Below, piece by piece: positions 1 through 11,760 of a stretch of 64,000 bases of DNA. Origin of the DNA: Rhodospirillales bacterium (lineage in GTDB: Bacteria > Pseudomonadota > Alphaproteobacteria > Bin95). Below the pieces are notes generated by a model. It did no database searches and had not been told where the DNA came from. It saw only the letters and a list, made by a program, of their open reading frames with translations. The stretch spans positions 832,001 through 896,000 of the forward strand of contig JAYQLI010000035.1 of the NCBI GenBank assembly GCA_038143065.1. The letters are read 5' to 3'. How positions within the stretch are numbered: the stretch's first letter is position 1; every line of letters starts with the position of its first letter. The position numbers and the translations under genes are program-made.

Positions 1-309
1 GGGGCGTCCTCGACGGAGGTCATCATCGTCCATTGCTGGCAAATCATCATGTATAAGACTGTAAGCGTGCAAACACTCAATCGCAGCACCTACATGTAGG
101 GCACGTTGTCGGTTGCCATTACAAGCGAAAGTCGCGGCAGACACCAAAAATGGTCTAAACCTCTTCCCAGAGCCAAGAACGGCATAACGCATCGCTTCAA
201 TTAAACGTTTTTCATCACCTAAATTCTTTGGGTCTGGCAATAAATTTTCTAGAAGCTCATCCGTATCCCTTACGACAGATGAAATCTCGGTGGCTAATTT
301 TGATGACAT
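1..309 (-). CDS. ispA: Farnesyl/geranyl diphosphate synthase, 5' part (runs off window edge)
   Basis: Manual translation MSSKLATEI...AMRYAVLGSGKRFRPFL...IECLHAYSLIHDDLPAMDDDDLRRGRP contains the first Asp-rich motif. Directly downstream of xseB. Confidence 0.93.
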   Translation of the reverse strand, partial: MSSKLATEISSVVRDTDELLENLLPDPKNLGDEKRLIEAMRYAVLGSGKRFRPFLVSAATFACNGNRQRALHVGAAIECLHAYSLIHDDLPAMDDDDLRRGRP

Positions 310-318
310 CAAAATGCT

Positions 319-579
319 CTAATCTGCATCGAATGGCTTAGTTTCTGGTGTACCATCAGGACCAAGCGTTATCCGTTCTACGCGTTCCCTTGCGTCTGCA
401 AGTTTTTGTTCGCAATACCGACGGAGCTGAGCACCTCGCTCATAGGAATGAATTGAATCTTCCAGTGAGCCCTTACCCTGCTCCAGACGTTGGACGATCG
501 CTTCAAGCTCTGTCATTGCGTCTTCGAACGACATCGCTTTGATATCATCAGGAATATCCTTGGCTGCGGACTTAGCCAT
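319..579 (-). CDS. xseB: Exodeoxyribonuclease VII small subunit
   Basis: MSFEDAMTELEAIVQRLEQG..SLEDSIHSYERG motif; xseB-ispA synteny. Confidence 0.95.
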   Translation of the reverse strand: MAKSAAKDIPDDIKAMSFEDAMTELEAIVQRLEQGKGSLEDSIHSYERGAQLRRYCEQKLADARERVERITLGPDGTPETKPFDAD

Positions 580-646
580 CGCTGAGCTCCTGTTGAAGGT
601 TGCGCTGTAAATAGATACAGCGGAGTACCTCTTCAGCTCAGTGCGG

Positions 647-1339
647 TCAATCGCCAGAGGCGTCTAGATCATATCCCGCAGATCGAACAGTACGAATTAA
701 ATCTGGGCGGCCCTCGATATTTAACGCCTTGCGGAGCCTCCTTATATGCACATCTACTGTGCGCATCTCGACGTAAATATCATGCCCCCAAACGGCATCC
801 AGCAACTGCTCACGACTAAAAACGCGCCCTGGCCGCTGCATGAAATGCTGCAGCAGACGAAATTCCGTTGGACCAAGATGGATCTTTTGACCAGATCTCT
901 GAACACGATGGGTTATTAAGTCCATGGAGAGATCTTCGTAAACTAATTTATCTTCCGTTACCGCTGGATTACTGCGACGCAAAACAGCTTTTAGCCGCGC
1001 TACCACCTCAGTCGGCGAAAAGGGCTTTGTTACATAATCATCGGCCCCAGAATCAAGGCCTCTAACCCTGTCCGCCTCTTCTCCTCTTGCCGTTAAAAGA
1101 ATAATTGGCAAAGCCCGAGAGGCGGGCCTCCTCCGAATACGTCGACAGAGCTCTATTCCAGATACCCCTGGCAACATCCAATCAAGTAAGACTGCGTCTG
1201 GCAGCCTTTCTGCCAACGCAAGTTCCGCTTCATCACCATCGTTCGCTATGCCTGTATCGAAACCTGATGCTTGAAGATTGTATTGCAGAAGCTCTGCTAT
1301 TCCTGGCTCATCTTCGACAATTAGAACATAAGGCTGCAT
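647..1339 (-). CDS. phoB: Phosphate regulon response regulator PhoB
   Basis: REC domain (LIVEDE, LLDWMLP, DDYVTKPFS) plus OmpR winged helix (RTVDVHIRRLRK). Start placed at MQPYVL. Confidence 0.95.
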   Translation of the reverse strand: MQPYVLIVEDEPGIAELLQYNLQASGFDTGIANDGDEAELALAERLPDAVLLDWMLPGVSGIELCRRIRRRPASRALPIILLTARGEEADRVRGLDSGADDYVTKPFSPTEVVARLKAVLRRSNPAVTEDKLVYEDLSMDLITHRVQRSGQKIHLGPTEFRLLQHFMQRPGRVFSREQLLDAVWGHDIYVEMRTVDVHIRRLRKALNIEGRPDLIRTVRSAGYDLDASGD

Positions 1340-1343
1340 GGGT

Positions 1344-2063
1344 TCATTGCTCCGCTGATAATGAGTCTGCTTTTGGCCTTGCGGGACCCAAACGATCACC
1401 AGTAACTGCGTAATAAACATTCTCGGCAATACTCGTGCAGTGATCACCGATGCGTTCGATATTTTTTGCGATAAACAATAAATGCGTGCATGAAGTTATG
1501 CTTCTGCTGTCCTCCATCATGTAAGTAAGGCATTCCCGGAAATACCCTTCGTATAGAAGGTCCAAGTCCTCATCCCTATCACGAATACGGATGGCCGCAT
1601 CAGCATCGTTATTTGCGTAGGCACCAAGAATTCCATGCAACATATCCTGAGCAACTTCAGAAAGACGTACTATGCTTTTAACCTGCTCCATTGGAGGAGC
1701 GCGATTAATGACCAACGCACGTTTTGCATTATTTTTTGAATGATCGGCAATCCGCTCAAGAGCTTGAGCTATTTTGAGTGCAGATATTATCGCCCTTAGA
1801 TCAATTGCCATTGGCTGACGCAGCGCCAGCATTCTAACGACCGCAGCTTCGACCTCAGCGTCTAAAGCATCAACACGACGATCAGCCTCAATAGCTCGCA
1901 AACCTAAATCTGCATCACGTTTAACTAATGCTTCAGTTGAGTTAGAAAGAATTGCTTCCGCCTGCCCCCCCATCTTTCCAATTTTTGCTGAGAGGTCGTT
2001 AAGGTCATCTGTGAATGACCTTACAATATGATCATTGGTAGTTTGCATTGTCATCTTCTCCAA
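1344..2063 (-). CDS. phoU: Phosphate signalling protein PhoU
   Basis: RQPMAIDLR, LERIADH and IERIGDH repeats; lies in the pst operon. Confidence 0.95.
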   Translation of the reverse strand: MEKMTMQTTNDHIVRSFTDDLNDLSAKIGKMGGQAEAILSNSTEALVKRDADLGLRAIEADRRVDALDAEVEAAVVRMLALRQPMAIDLRAIISALKIAQALERIADHSKNNAKRALVINRAPPMEQVKSIVRLSEVAQDMLHGILGAYANNDADAAIRIRDRDEDLDLLYEGYFRECLTYMMEDSRSITSCTHLLFIAKNIERIGDHCTSIAENVYYAVTGDRLGPARPKADSLSAEQ

Positions 2064-2065
2064 AC

Positions 2066-2857
2066 TTACCCAAATCTGCCAGTGATGTAGCCTTGCGTGC
2101 GTTCGTCACGCGGTGCTGTGAAGATCTGTTCCGTGACACCTACTTCAACAAGTACTCCAAGATGAAAGAAAGCAGTGCGCTGAGAAACTCGTGCTGCCTG
2201 CTGCATGGAGTGTGTAACAATCACAATTGAATAGGCTTTTTTTAATTCTTCAATCAGCTCCTCAACCCTTGCTGTCGCAATCGGGTCCAATGCGGAACAA
2301 GGCTCATCCATTAGGATTACATCAGGGCGAACTGCTACAGCACGGGCAATACAGAGACGCTGCTGCTGACCACCAGAAAGACCTGTTCCTGGCTGGTGCA
2401 AGCGGTCCTTCACTTCTTCCCAGAGAGCCGCTCGTTCCAAACTAGTTTGCACCAATTCATCCAGACCATCTTGGCTCGAAACCAAACCATGAATACGTGG
2501 CCCATAAGCGACATTATCATAAATTGATTTGGGAAATGGGTTTGGTTTCTGAAATACCATTCCAACACGCCGACGAAGCTGCACCGGGTCAATACCCGCA
2601 TCTAGCACTTCATCACCGTCAACTTTGATCGAGCCTTCAACTCTGCAGCCATCAATGACATCATTCATCCTGTTCATGCAGCGCAGGAATGTGGACTTAC
2701 CACACCCGGACGGGCCGATGAGAGATGTGACTTGGTTTCGGCCAATATCCAAATCTATATCAAAAAGCGCTTGTTTTTCGCCGTAAAACACATTGACGTC
2801 TCTCACGAGAACTTTTGCTTCAGCTGCTTCCATATTAAATCTCTCACCATCAGCCAT
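2066..2857 (-). CDS. pstB: Phosphate ABC transporter ATPase
   Basis: [32 protein letters not shown]. Confidence 0.97.
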   Translation of the reverse strand: MADGERFNMEAAEAKVLVRDVNVFYGEKQALFDIDLDIGRNQVTSLIGPSGCGKSTFLRCMNRMNDVIDGCRVEGSIKVDGDEVLDAGIDPVQLRRRVGMVFQKPNPFPKSIYDNVAYGPRIHGLVSSQDGLDELVQTSLERAALWEEVKDRLHQPGTGLSGGQQQRLCIARAVAVRPDVILMDEPCSALDPIATARVEELIEELKKAYSIVIVTHSMQQAARVSQRTAFFHLGVLVEVGVTEQIFTAPRDERTQGYITGRFG

Positions 2858-2863
2858 TTTTAC

Positions 2864-4179
2864 CTACCAGCGACGCTCAAAGCGCTTACGCAAGATTACA
2901 GCGAGTGCATTCATGAGTACTAAAAAGCCTAAAAGAGCCATGATACCAGCGCTCGTTCTTGCAACAAAAGCGCGCTCTGGACTGTCTGCCCAAAGATAAA
3001 TTTGAACTGGCATTACTGTTGAAGGATCGGTTATTCCCCCTGGTACATTCACAATGAAGGCAACCATTCCAATCATTAGCAAAGGTGCAGTCTCCCCAAG
3101 GGCCTGCGCCATACCAATAATTGTACCCGTGAGAATTCCAGGCATTGCAAATGGCAATACGTGATGTGTCACGACTTGATGCTTAGATGCACCTACACCC
3201 AAAGCCGCTTCACGGATGGATGGAGGGACTGCCTTTAGTGCAGCCCTTGAAGCGATGATAATTGTCGGCAACGTCATTAATGAAAGGACAATCCCACCAA
3301 CAAGGGAGCTGATCTAGGAAGGCCGAAAAAATTCAGGAATACTGCTAGGCCAAGGAGCCCAAAAACAATCGATGGAACTGCTGCTAGATTATTGATGTTC
3401 ACTTCAACAAAATCCGTCCAGCGATTTTTTGGAGCAAACTCTTCTAGGTAAATTGCCGCAAGAACACCCACTGGAAAACTCAAAGCAAGTGTTACTAGAA
3501 GTGTGAAAAAGGAGCCTACGATGGCGCCCCAAAATCCCGCTAATTCTGGTTCGCGACTATCACCCGATTTCCAGAAGACCGTGTTCATTGACCATCGAAT
3601 ACGTCCGTCATCTTTGAGCTGGTCGATCCACTCGAGTTCAGTATCCTTTACCCGGCGATCCGCTTCTGGCAGGTCTCTATCAATGTAACCTTTCAGTAAA
3701 CTGTCGATGTCATCCGAAGCAAGTACCCAAATACGAACTGTTTTGCCAATTTTTGCGGGTTCATCAACAACAACTTGCATTGCTTGCAGATCTGCACCGT
3801 TAGAAACTAAGCCATATAACTTTCGTTTTTCTTTTCGGCCTGAAACATCTGGAAACTGAGATCTTAATGCCGATTTTATAAATCCGTTATAGTTTGCCTT
3901 TCTAGGATTGGCCGCATCAATTTCAGAACTCTCAAAAGTCACATCTAACGCTATCTCATATTGATAAAACGCAGACCATCCAGTCGAAATTATTGACCCA
4001 ACTAACAAGATTAGCATTGAAATGGCGACTGCAATGGCAGCTACCCCATACGCTTTGAAACGCGCTTCAGCACGATAACGCCGACGAACGCGAGCAGCCT
4101 CTTCATTTGCTCTTATATCTGCAGAGCCGTGCATAACTGCTTCAGCGCCTGAATCCTGCTGCAATCCTCGATCAGTCAT
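2864..4179 (-). CDS. pstA: Phosphate ABC permease PstA (one frameshift near 3300)
   Basis: Two ORF halves: YLEEFAP..INNLAAVPSIVFGLLG and ALGETAPL. They join by one indel. Confidence 0.92.
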
Positions 4180-5554
4180 ACTTTTCTCGGTATTTCCGCA
4201 CAATCCGTAGAGCAAATACGTTTAACGACAGTGTTATGAAGAAGAGCACAAGGCCAAGGGCAAAGGCTGCCAAGGTCTTGGAGCTATCAAATTCTTGGTC
4301 TCCTACTAAAAGTGTAACGATCTGCACTGTGACGGTTGTAACAGCTTCAAACGGATTGGCCGTTAAATTTGCAGCAAGCCCAGCTGCCATGACAACTATC
4401 ATGGTTTCCCCAATCGCTCGACTAACTGCAAGTAATACAGCACCAACGACACCAGGTAGAGCTGCGGGAAGGACTACCTGTCGGATAGTCTCAGATTTTG
4501 TTGCACCTAATGCAAAGGAACCGTCTCGCAACGCCTGTGGGACTGCATTCATAACATCATCCGACAATTATGAAACAAAGGGGATGATCATGATCCCCAT
4601 AACCACTCCAGCCGCGAGGGCAGATTCCGAACTAACATCGAGCCCAACTGTTTCGCCCATACCCCTAAAAAACGGAGCAACAGTAAGAGCAGCAAAAAAG
4701 CCGTACACAACAGTGGGTACACCAGCCAAGATTTCTAGCAAGGGCTTAATTACGCCCCTAACCCGATTACTTGCATACTCGGACATGTAGATTGCAGACA
4801 TCAAACCAAGCGGCACAGCCACACACATTGCAATAACCGTAATCAGCAAGGTACCAGCAAAAATAGGAATTGCTCCAAAACTGCCACTCGCACCAACTTG
4901 GTCCGCCCGAATTGCTGTTTGAGGACTCCATTTTAAGCCAAACAAAAAATCATCCAATGGAATACGGAGGAAGAAACGCCATGCCTCAAATAGCAGAGAT
5001 AATACAATTCCTATGGTTGTCAGAATGGCGATAGTTGATGCCAGGATCATGATAATTGTGAATATACGTTCCACCTGATTACGGGCTCTAAATTCGATGG
5101 ACAGCTTACCTTTTGCCCACCAAAGGCAAGCAATACCGAGCCCCAGACTTATGACAAACATGCCAAGATTTGATAATTTTTTGAGTTCTGAAAATTTTTG
5201 AGCGGCGGCTGCAATCTCTGGCGTGGGCTCTCTACTTGGAATGTCACCTGAAGCAACGTTAACAATATCATTGAGCACCAGGGAAAGGCGGTCTGCGGAT
5301 AACGCCTGTGTGTCGGGATTCAACCCCGAAATAATTAAACTCTCAATAATTGGGCCTTGAGCTACTAACCAAAATGAAATCGCTAATAGGGAGGGTACTA
5401 CTACCCAAAGAGCCAGGTAAGTACCATGATAAAAGGGCAGAGAATGCAGAGAAGCTGGTGTTGCCGCAGCAAAAGATATAGCTCGGCGGCGACCGATGGC
5501 ATGCCCGTAACCCGCAACACAAATCAAAATTAAAACGAGTACCCAGATTTGCAT
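4172..5554 (-). CDS. pstC: Phosphate ABC permease PstC (frameshift near 4570)
   Basis: KPLLEILAGVPTVVYGFF and SRAIGETMIV in consecutive fragments. Confidence 0.92.
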
Positions 5555-5583
5555 TGCATGACCTTGGTTTGACAAAAAAGAAA

Positions 5584-5613
5584 CCGGCCAGCTCCAATTA
5601 AGTAGCTGGCCGG
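5584..5613 (-). terminator. Hairpin with U-tract between pstS and pstC
   Basis: CCGGCCAGCT / AGCTGGCCGG 10-bp inverted repeat, followed on the minus strand by TTTCTTTTTT. Confidence 0.75.
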
Positions 5614-5622
5614 CAATTAACT

Positions 5623-6647
5623 TTACATTTTGAGAGGTACTAAAACAGAAGTACCTTTACGCATTGCTTTTAGATCAGCTGAAGGAAGAGGGATTAGCCC
5701 CTTGTCGGTAAGATAACCTTCATCACCTGCAGCTTTCTCACTTGTAAATTCTGCTACGTATTCCTGGATACCAGGAACAACACCCACATGTGCCTTCTTC
5801 ACATAAAAGTACAAAGAACGAGACACTTTGTAGGAGCCATCTCCAATTGCTTCAAACGTTGGCTTTACACCTTCAACCTCAGCACCCTTTATTTTGTCAG
5901 CATTTTGGTCAAGGAAAGAGAAGCCAAAGATGCCAACCGCAGATGGATTTGCCTCAAGCTTCTGAACGATCAAGTTGTCGTTCTCGCCAGCTTCAATGAA
6001 GGCACCATCTTCACGCATTTTGTCGGAAATTGCCCGAAATGGCTTTTTTCCAAGCTTCTTGATGTTTGGAAAGGCCTTTGCACCTTCGCGCATGACGAGC
6101 TCAACAAAAGCATCACGCGTACCTGATGTTGGGGGCGGACCAAGGACTTCAATTTTTACCTTTGGAAGGCTTGGATCAATTTCGCTCCACATCTTATATG
6201 GATTGTCTACCATCTTGTTGCCAGAAGGAACTTTCGCGGCAAGGGCCAAAAAAATTTGCTTTTTTGTTAGCTTTAAATCAGTACCAGCCTTTGATTGCCC
6301 CATAGCAATTCCGTCGTATCAATTTTTACTTCAACGACTTCTTTCACACCATTTGCTACGCATTTTTCAACTTCTGACTTCTTAATTCGACGAGAAGCAT
6401 TTGTGATGTCAGGATGGTTTAAGCCGACGCCAGCGCAGAACAATTTAATTCCACCACCAGAACCAGTTGACTCCACTACGGGTGCCTTGAAAGAACTGGT
6501 CTTTCCAAAAGTTTCAGCCACGGCTGTAGAGAAAGGGAAAACCGTTGAGGAACCAACGATACGGATTTGATCGCGTGCAGCAGCGGACCCCACAGCAGCA
6601 ACCGACACAACCGCAGCCAGCGCTGTAGCGGTAAGTGAGTGTTTCAT
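5623..6647 (-). CDS. pstS: Phosphate-binding protein PstS (frameshift near 6320)
   Basis: Signal peptide, IVGSSTVFPF, ESTGSGGG, GPPPTSGTRDAF. Confidence 0.93.
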
Positions 6648-6748
6648 AAAGCGCCTCCATTAGAGAACTAGGTTAGATAAATCTGACGCTTATTCACTAA
6701 GCGCATGATCGATCTAATCCTGCGCAACTACACTTATGTTACGTATAT

Positions 6749-6766
6749 ATTACAGAAATATGACAA
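6749..6766 (-). promoter_or_regulatory. Pho box upstream of pstS
   Basis: Minus strand TTGTCAT-ATTT-CTGTAAT matches CTGTCAT-N4-CTGTCAT with 11-bp periodicity. A weaker third half-site follows. Confidence 0.8.
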
Positions 6767-6769
6767 CCG

Positions 6770-8138
6770 TTATTCTTGCTCTTCGGCAAATGGAAGATGC
6801 ACCGTAAAAATGCTGCCACGGCCAACAATGCTAGAAATTTCCAAATGGCCACGGCATCGATTCAAAATGTGTTTAACAATAGCTAAACCCAGACCTGTTC
6901 CGCCTAAAGAACGCGACCTAGCAACATCTACACGGTAAAATCTTTCTGTTAACCGCGGAATATGCTCTGCCAGGAATCCCAGGTCCCTCGTCGATAATCG
7001 ATACTCGGACAGCTTCATTTTCGCTAACGAGTTTTATCTGAACGATCGACCCCTCACGACCGTATTTTAGCGCATTTTCTAGCAGATTTCGAAATACTTG
7101 CTGCAAAAGATCCGGGTCACCCAAAATAGTGGATAATGGCCCCCTCACCTCAGTTTGAAATGAAATATTTCGCTCCTGGGACATGGGATCTAGTTCTTGA
7201 ATTACAGAATTGATGATCTCTTCAATAGAGTCAGTTGCTCCAGCTGGAGCATACTCGTCCATCTCAACACGAGATAAAGATAGGAGATCTTCAACTAATC
7301 GCGCCATACGATTTGCTTGATCTCTCATTATTCCTAGAAATCGTGCACGAGCAGTATCGTCGTCTTTCGCAGGACCCTCTAGGGTTTCAATAAAACCCAC
7401 CAAGTTTGCCAATGGTGTTCTAAGCTCATGACTTGCATTGGCAACGAAATCTGCACGCATCGCCTCAAGTTGGCGAATAGCTGTTAAGTCCTGCAAAGCC
7501 ACCACAGCGGCCTCTCCCCCACCACCAATATTGGCTAATCGAGCAATGATGGCGCGGTATGAACGCGTTGTATGATCTCTCAACTCGATATCAGCAATAG
7601 CTTCAGGAACTGCACCGGCCGTAACCGCCTCAACCGCATCTAACAGTTCAGGACTGCGCACAGCATCTACCAATGGTCTCATATTAATACTGGAGCCAAT
7701 TGCCAGTTCGGCGGCATAATTTGCGTGAACTATTCGATGATTAAGATCAAGCACTAGGAGAGGTTCCGGCACGCCATCAAGAACATTCTCAACGGTTACG
7801 GCTCTCTCCTCTATTGATCTTTGCATGCGAAGAATTCTTCGCTGGCTTTCAACTAAAGCCGTCGCAAGCTCTCCACCAACGGGTGTTCGTCTACCAGAAG
7901 GCAGTTGCGAAACTTCCTCTGACCCCAGTCCTCTTGCTCTGGCTACCAGCTCCGAAAAGTCTTTTGCAAAAGGCAACGCGCAGATGAAACCTATAGCCAG
8001 AGCTAACAGAGCACCTGTTACAGCATGGTAGCTCGATATTAAACCCAGCATCCACCCTGCCAGAACTACTACTTCTCCTGACGCAACAGCAGCTAAAAAT
8101 ATAGAGGGTAAAAGGCGGCGCGTATTTAAGTCTATCAT
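6770..8138 (-). CDS. phoR: Sensor histidine kinase PhoR (frameshift near 6975)
   Basis: DFVANASHELRTPL H-box, NLLENALKY N-box, RFYRVDVARSRSLGGTGLGLAIVKH in the second fragment; PAS region. Confidence 0.92.
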
Positions 8139-8154
8139 CGCGCCACCTGTGAAA

Positions 8155-10428
8155 TTAATCCTCTGCTGCGTGAGCTGCCAGAGCAGCTAAATTCACAATC
8201 TCCGACACAGTAGCACCCATCGGTACGATCTGTGCCGATTTAGCTAGCCCCATTAACGAGGGGCCTATGACATTTGCACCACCAAGTGTCTTGAGCAACT
8301 TTGCTGAGATATTTGCTGATTGAAGAGCTGGCATCACTAATACGTTAGCCGGACCAGTAAGACGTGCAAATGGATAGAGACGTTTACGAAGCTCATCGTC
8401 GAGCGCCACATCTGCCGTCATATCTCCATCATATTCGAAATCAACTTTCCGACTATCTAAAATACGCACTGCAGATCGAACTCTTTCAGCTGAATCCCAA
8501 TTTGGATTGCCAAAGTTTGAGTAAGAAAGCAAAGCAACTTTTGGCTCATAGCCCATGCGCTTAGCAGCATTGGCAGCTGAGCAAGCAATAACAGCTAAAT
8601 CTTCAGATGTTGGCACCTCATGCACATGAGTATCCGCCATCAAAACCGTGCGATCACGGGCTACAATCGTGGTCAGCCCCATCGCGGTTTCCCCATCTTT
8701 TGGGGGAAGTACTGCAGCGATTTCCTCGAAACACACTGCAAAACTGCGGGTTAGGCCCGTAACCACCGCATCAGCATCTCCAAGAGCGACCATGCAAGCC
8801 GCAAATGTATTTCGGTTCTGATTTACCATACGTTGGCAGTCCCGAAGCAGATAGCCCTTCCGCTGCAACTGTGAATATAAGTGATCACGGTAAGCTGAAT
8901 TTCTCTCTGACCGGGCTGCATTATGAATTTCGATATCTGGATCTTCGCGGCCAGCGGCTGCCATTGCAGCTCGTACTTTTTCTTCACGGCCAATTAAGAT
9001 AGGTGTGCCAAGGCCCTGGTCTTTAAAAGCAATCGCAGCTCGGATTGTTCTTTCCTCCTCCCCTTCTGCGAATGCGACCCGTTTTGGTGAAGAACGAACT
9101 GCCGTAAATACGCGAGACATAGCTGAAAGTGTTGGGTCTAATCTTGCAGCTAATTGTCGACGATATGCATCCCAGTCTTCAATTGGTTGACGAGCAACTC
9201 CCGTTTCCATTGCTGCTTTGGCTACCGCAATTGGGATCGCTGTGATCAGTCGAGGATCAAAGGGCGTTGGGATAATGTATTCTCGTCCAAAGGATAAGCG
9301 ACGTCCCTGATAAGCCTCCGCTACCTCATCAGGAACATCCTCCCTAGCAAGATCAGCAAGTGCTATCGCTGCCGCAAGTTTCATATCATCATTAATAGCT
9401 GTTGCGCGCACATCTAACGCACCTCGGAAAAGGTACGGAAACCCGAGGACATTATTTACTTGGTTAGGATAATCAGATCGCCCTGTAGCCATAATAATGT
9501 CATCACGTGTACTCTGAGCTAATTCCGGTTGTATCTCTGGATTAGGATTAGCCAATGCAAAAATCACAGGGTCCTTTCCCATCGATTTTAGCATTTCAGG
9601 CGTTACAGCATCACGGACAGATACCCCCAAAAATACGTCCGCCCCCTTTAACGCATCCGCTAAACTTCGCGCATCGGTATCTATGGCGTGTCCTGATTTC
9701 CACTGATTCATGCCATCAGTGCGACCTTTATATATAACCCCTCGGCTATCACAGAGAATGACATTTTCATTGCGTGCACCAAAACGTTTAATTAATTCGA
9801 CGCATGAAATCGCAGCAGCACCTGCTCCGTTCACCACAATCTTCATGTCTTCGAGTTTGCGGTTCGTTAGCTTAGCCGAATTAATCAAACCTGCCGCAGC
9901 GATAATTGCCGTTCCGTGCTGATCATCATGGAAAACTGGAACATCACACAGTTCACGCAAACGTTGCTCAATAATAAAGCATTCAGGTGCTTTGATATCT
10001 TCTAAGTTGATGCCTCCCCAAGTTTTAGACATCACCTTTACGCAGTTAATGAACTCTTCCGTGTCATAGGTATCAAGTTCGATATCTACGCCGTCGATAT
10101 CGGCAAAACGCTTAAAAAGAACAGCTTTACCTTCCATAACGGGCTTTGAGCCCAAAGCCCCTAAGTCTCCAAGCCCAAGCACTGCAGATCCATTGGAGAT
10201 AACGGCTACCGTATTACCCTTAGCCGTATAGTCATAAGCGGTAACTTCGTTATCGAAAATTTCAAGACATGGAGCAGCAACGCCAGGGGAATAAGCAAGG
10301 CTCAACTGATATTGCGTTGTGACGGGCTTGGTTGGAGCCAGCGCCACTTTGCCTGGCCTGCCACTGGCATGCATTCGAAGAGCTTCAAGATCAAGGACTG
10401 AATGTTCTCTGCTATATTTTTTTGTCAT
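8155..10428 (-). CDS. maeB: NADP-dependent malic enzyme with PTA domain
   Basis: [32 protein letters not shown]-terminal FAEGEE phosphotransacetylase-like domain. Confidence 0.95.
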   Translation of the reverse strand: MTKKYSREHSVLDLEALRMHASGRPGKVALAPTKPVTTQYQLSLAYSPGVAAPCLEIFDNEVTAYDYTAKGNTVAVISNGSAVLGLGDLGALGSKPVMEGKAVLFKRFADIDGVDIELDTYDTEEFINCVKVMSKTWGGINLEDIKAPECFIIEQRLRELCDVPVFHDDQHGTAIIAAAGLINSAKLTNRKLEDMKIVVNGAGAAAISCVELIKRFGARNENVILCDSRGVIYKGRTDGMNQWKSGHAIDTDARSLADALKGADVFLGVSVRDAVTPEMLKSMGKDPVIFALANPNPEIQPELAQSTRDDIIMATGRSDYPNQVNNVLGFPYLFRGALDVRATAINDDMKLAAAIALADLAREDVPDEVAEAYQGRRLSFGREYIIPTPFDPRLITAIPIAVAKAAMETGVARQPIEDWDAYRRQLAARLDPTLSAMSRVFTAVRSSPKRVAFAEGEEERTIRAAIAFKDQGLGTPILIGREEKVRAAMAAAGREDPDIEIHNAARSERNSAYRDHLYSQLQRKGYLLRDCQRMVNQNRNTFAACMVALGDADAVVTGLTRSFAVCFEEIAAVLPPKDGETAMGLTTIVARDRTVLMADTHVHEVPTSEDLAVIACSAANAAKRMGYEPKVALLSYSNFGNPNWDSAERVRSAVRILDSRKVDFEYDGDMTADVALDDELRKRLYPFARLTGPANVLVMPALQSANISAKLLKTLGGANVIGPSLMGLAKSAQIVPMGATVSEIVNLAALAAHAAED

Positions 10429-10605
10429 GCCTATCGCACCGAGCCCAACGCTCGCTCCCAAATAAAAAATATTGTTATTTAAAAATAGAATAACAGCGAT
10501 GTGGCTCTTTACGCTAGATAATAAAAGCTCCTAACTTTTTGCTTAAATACCGCGTGTTGAGAGCGCCATTTTTTGAGTTTGATCAAAAAAGTAAAGTAAT
10601 GAAGG

Positions 10606-11324
10606 ATGCAACTAATGGCTACCTATGTATTAGTCCACGGCGCCTATCACGGTGGCTGGTGTTGGCGCCATACGGCCAAGAAGTTAAGAGACTACGGACA
10701 TGAAGTGCACACCCCAACCTTATCTGGATTAGGCGAACGTAGCCACCTCCTAACACCCTCGATCAATCTTTCCACCCACATCCAAGACATCCTAAATGTC
10801 TTGGCATGGGAAGATATTCGAGATGCCATTTTAGTGGGCCATTCCTATGGTGGAATGGTTATAACTGGGGTGGCGGATCGCGCAGCAGATAGATTAAAAG
10901 ATATCGTTTATTTGGATGCGATAGTCCCTCAGAATGGACAATCTATTCTTGATGTTCAACCTGCTGGCAGAGCAGATTGGATGAAAGAAAGAGCTAAGGA
11001 AAATGGCGGATTAGCTGGATTACCTCAAGTCCAGAATTGTATGGCGTAACAGAACCTAAGGCCAAAGCTTGGGTAGAAGATAAATGCACTCCTCAACCCT
11101 TCGCGAGTTTCTCAGAAAAAATACAAATCTCTGGCGCCCCTGCAGAACGGGTGCGCAAACGTCTTTACATTTTATGCACGGATCCCGCTCTGGAATATCT
11201 GCGCCAGTTTTATGAAAGCGCAGTTACAGCAAATGGCTGGGACGCAATGGAATTAAATACTGGTCATGATGCAATGGTTACAGAGCCCAAAAAACTTGCA
11301 GAAATTTTGGCTACCAGGGCATGA
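10606..11324 (+). CDS. Alpha/beta hydrolase, methylesterase-like (frameshift near 11020)
   Basis: VLVHGAYHGGWCW, GHSYGG nucleophile elbow, C-terminal TGHDAM. Confidence 0.85.
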
Positions 11325-11695
11325 TTTTTAAAATATGCACTATTGGAGCTTCGCTTGTTTTTTTATCGAATGTAGTATTTGCAGAGGGAATACAAAGTGG
11401 ACGACAGCTCGTCAAGCCCTGTAAGTCCTGTCATTTTTTCAAAGAAAAAAGCGGGAAATCTGGCCCCCATCTTTTTAAACTTATCGGCCGCCAAATTGGG
11501 TCAGTCGAAGGTTATCCGTATTCAAAAGCTTTGCTCAAAATTGGTGGAGAGTGGGAAGAACTCAGACTTGCGAAATTCTTGAATGATCCCAAAGCATTCG
11601 CCCCTGGTACAAAAATGAATTTTTCAGGTTTTAAAAATATGAAGAGTGCAAAGATAGCCGCCGCCTATTTTGCCCAGCTGGCGGGGCGCCAATAA
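11321..11695 (+). CDS. Class I cytochrome c (c2-like)
   Basis: Signal peptide, CKSCH heme motif, GPHL, PGTKM axial Met. Confidence 0.9.
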   Translation: MIFKICTIGASLVFLSNVVFAEGIQSGRQLVKPCKSCHFFKEKSGKSGPHLFKLIGRQIGSVEGYPYSKALLKIGGEWEELRLAKFLNDPKAFAPGTKMNFSGFKNMKSAKIAAAYFAQLAGRQ

Positions 11696-11760
11696 TTCCT
11701 TGACTCAAGGGTTGGCATTGGTTTGCAATTCATATCCACGATAGACCAGGGTGAACTGAA

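Noticed and set aside
11714-11729. Sigma-54 promoter-like TGGCATTGGTTTGCA before the TauD gene
   Set aside because: GG-to-GC spacing is 9 nt rather than the required 10, although an indel error cannot be excluded.
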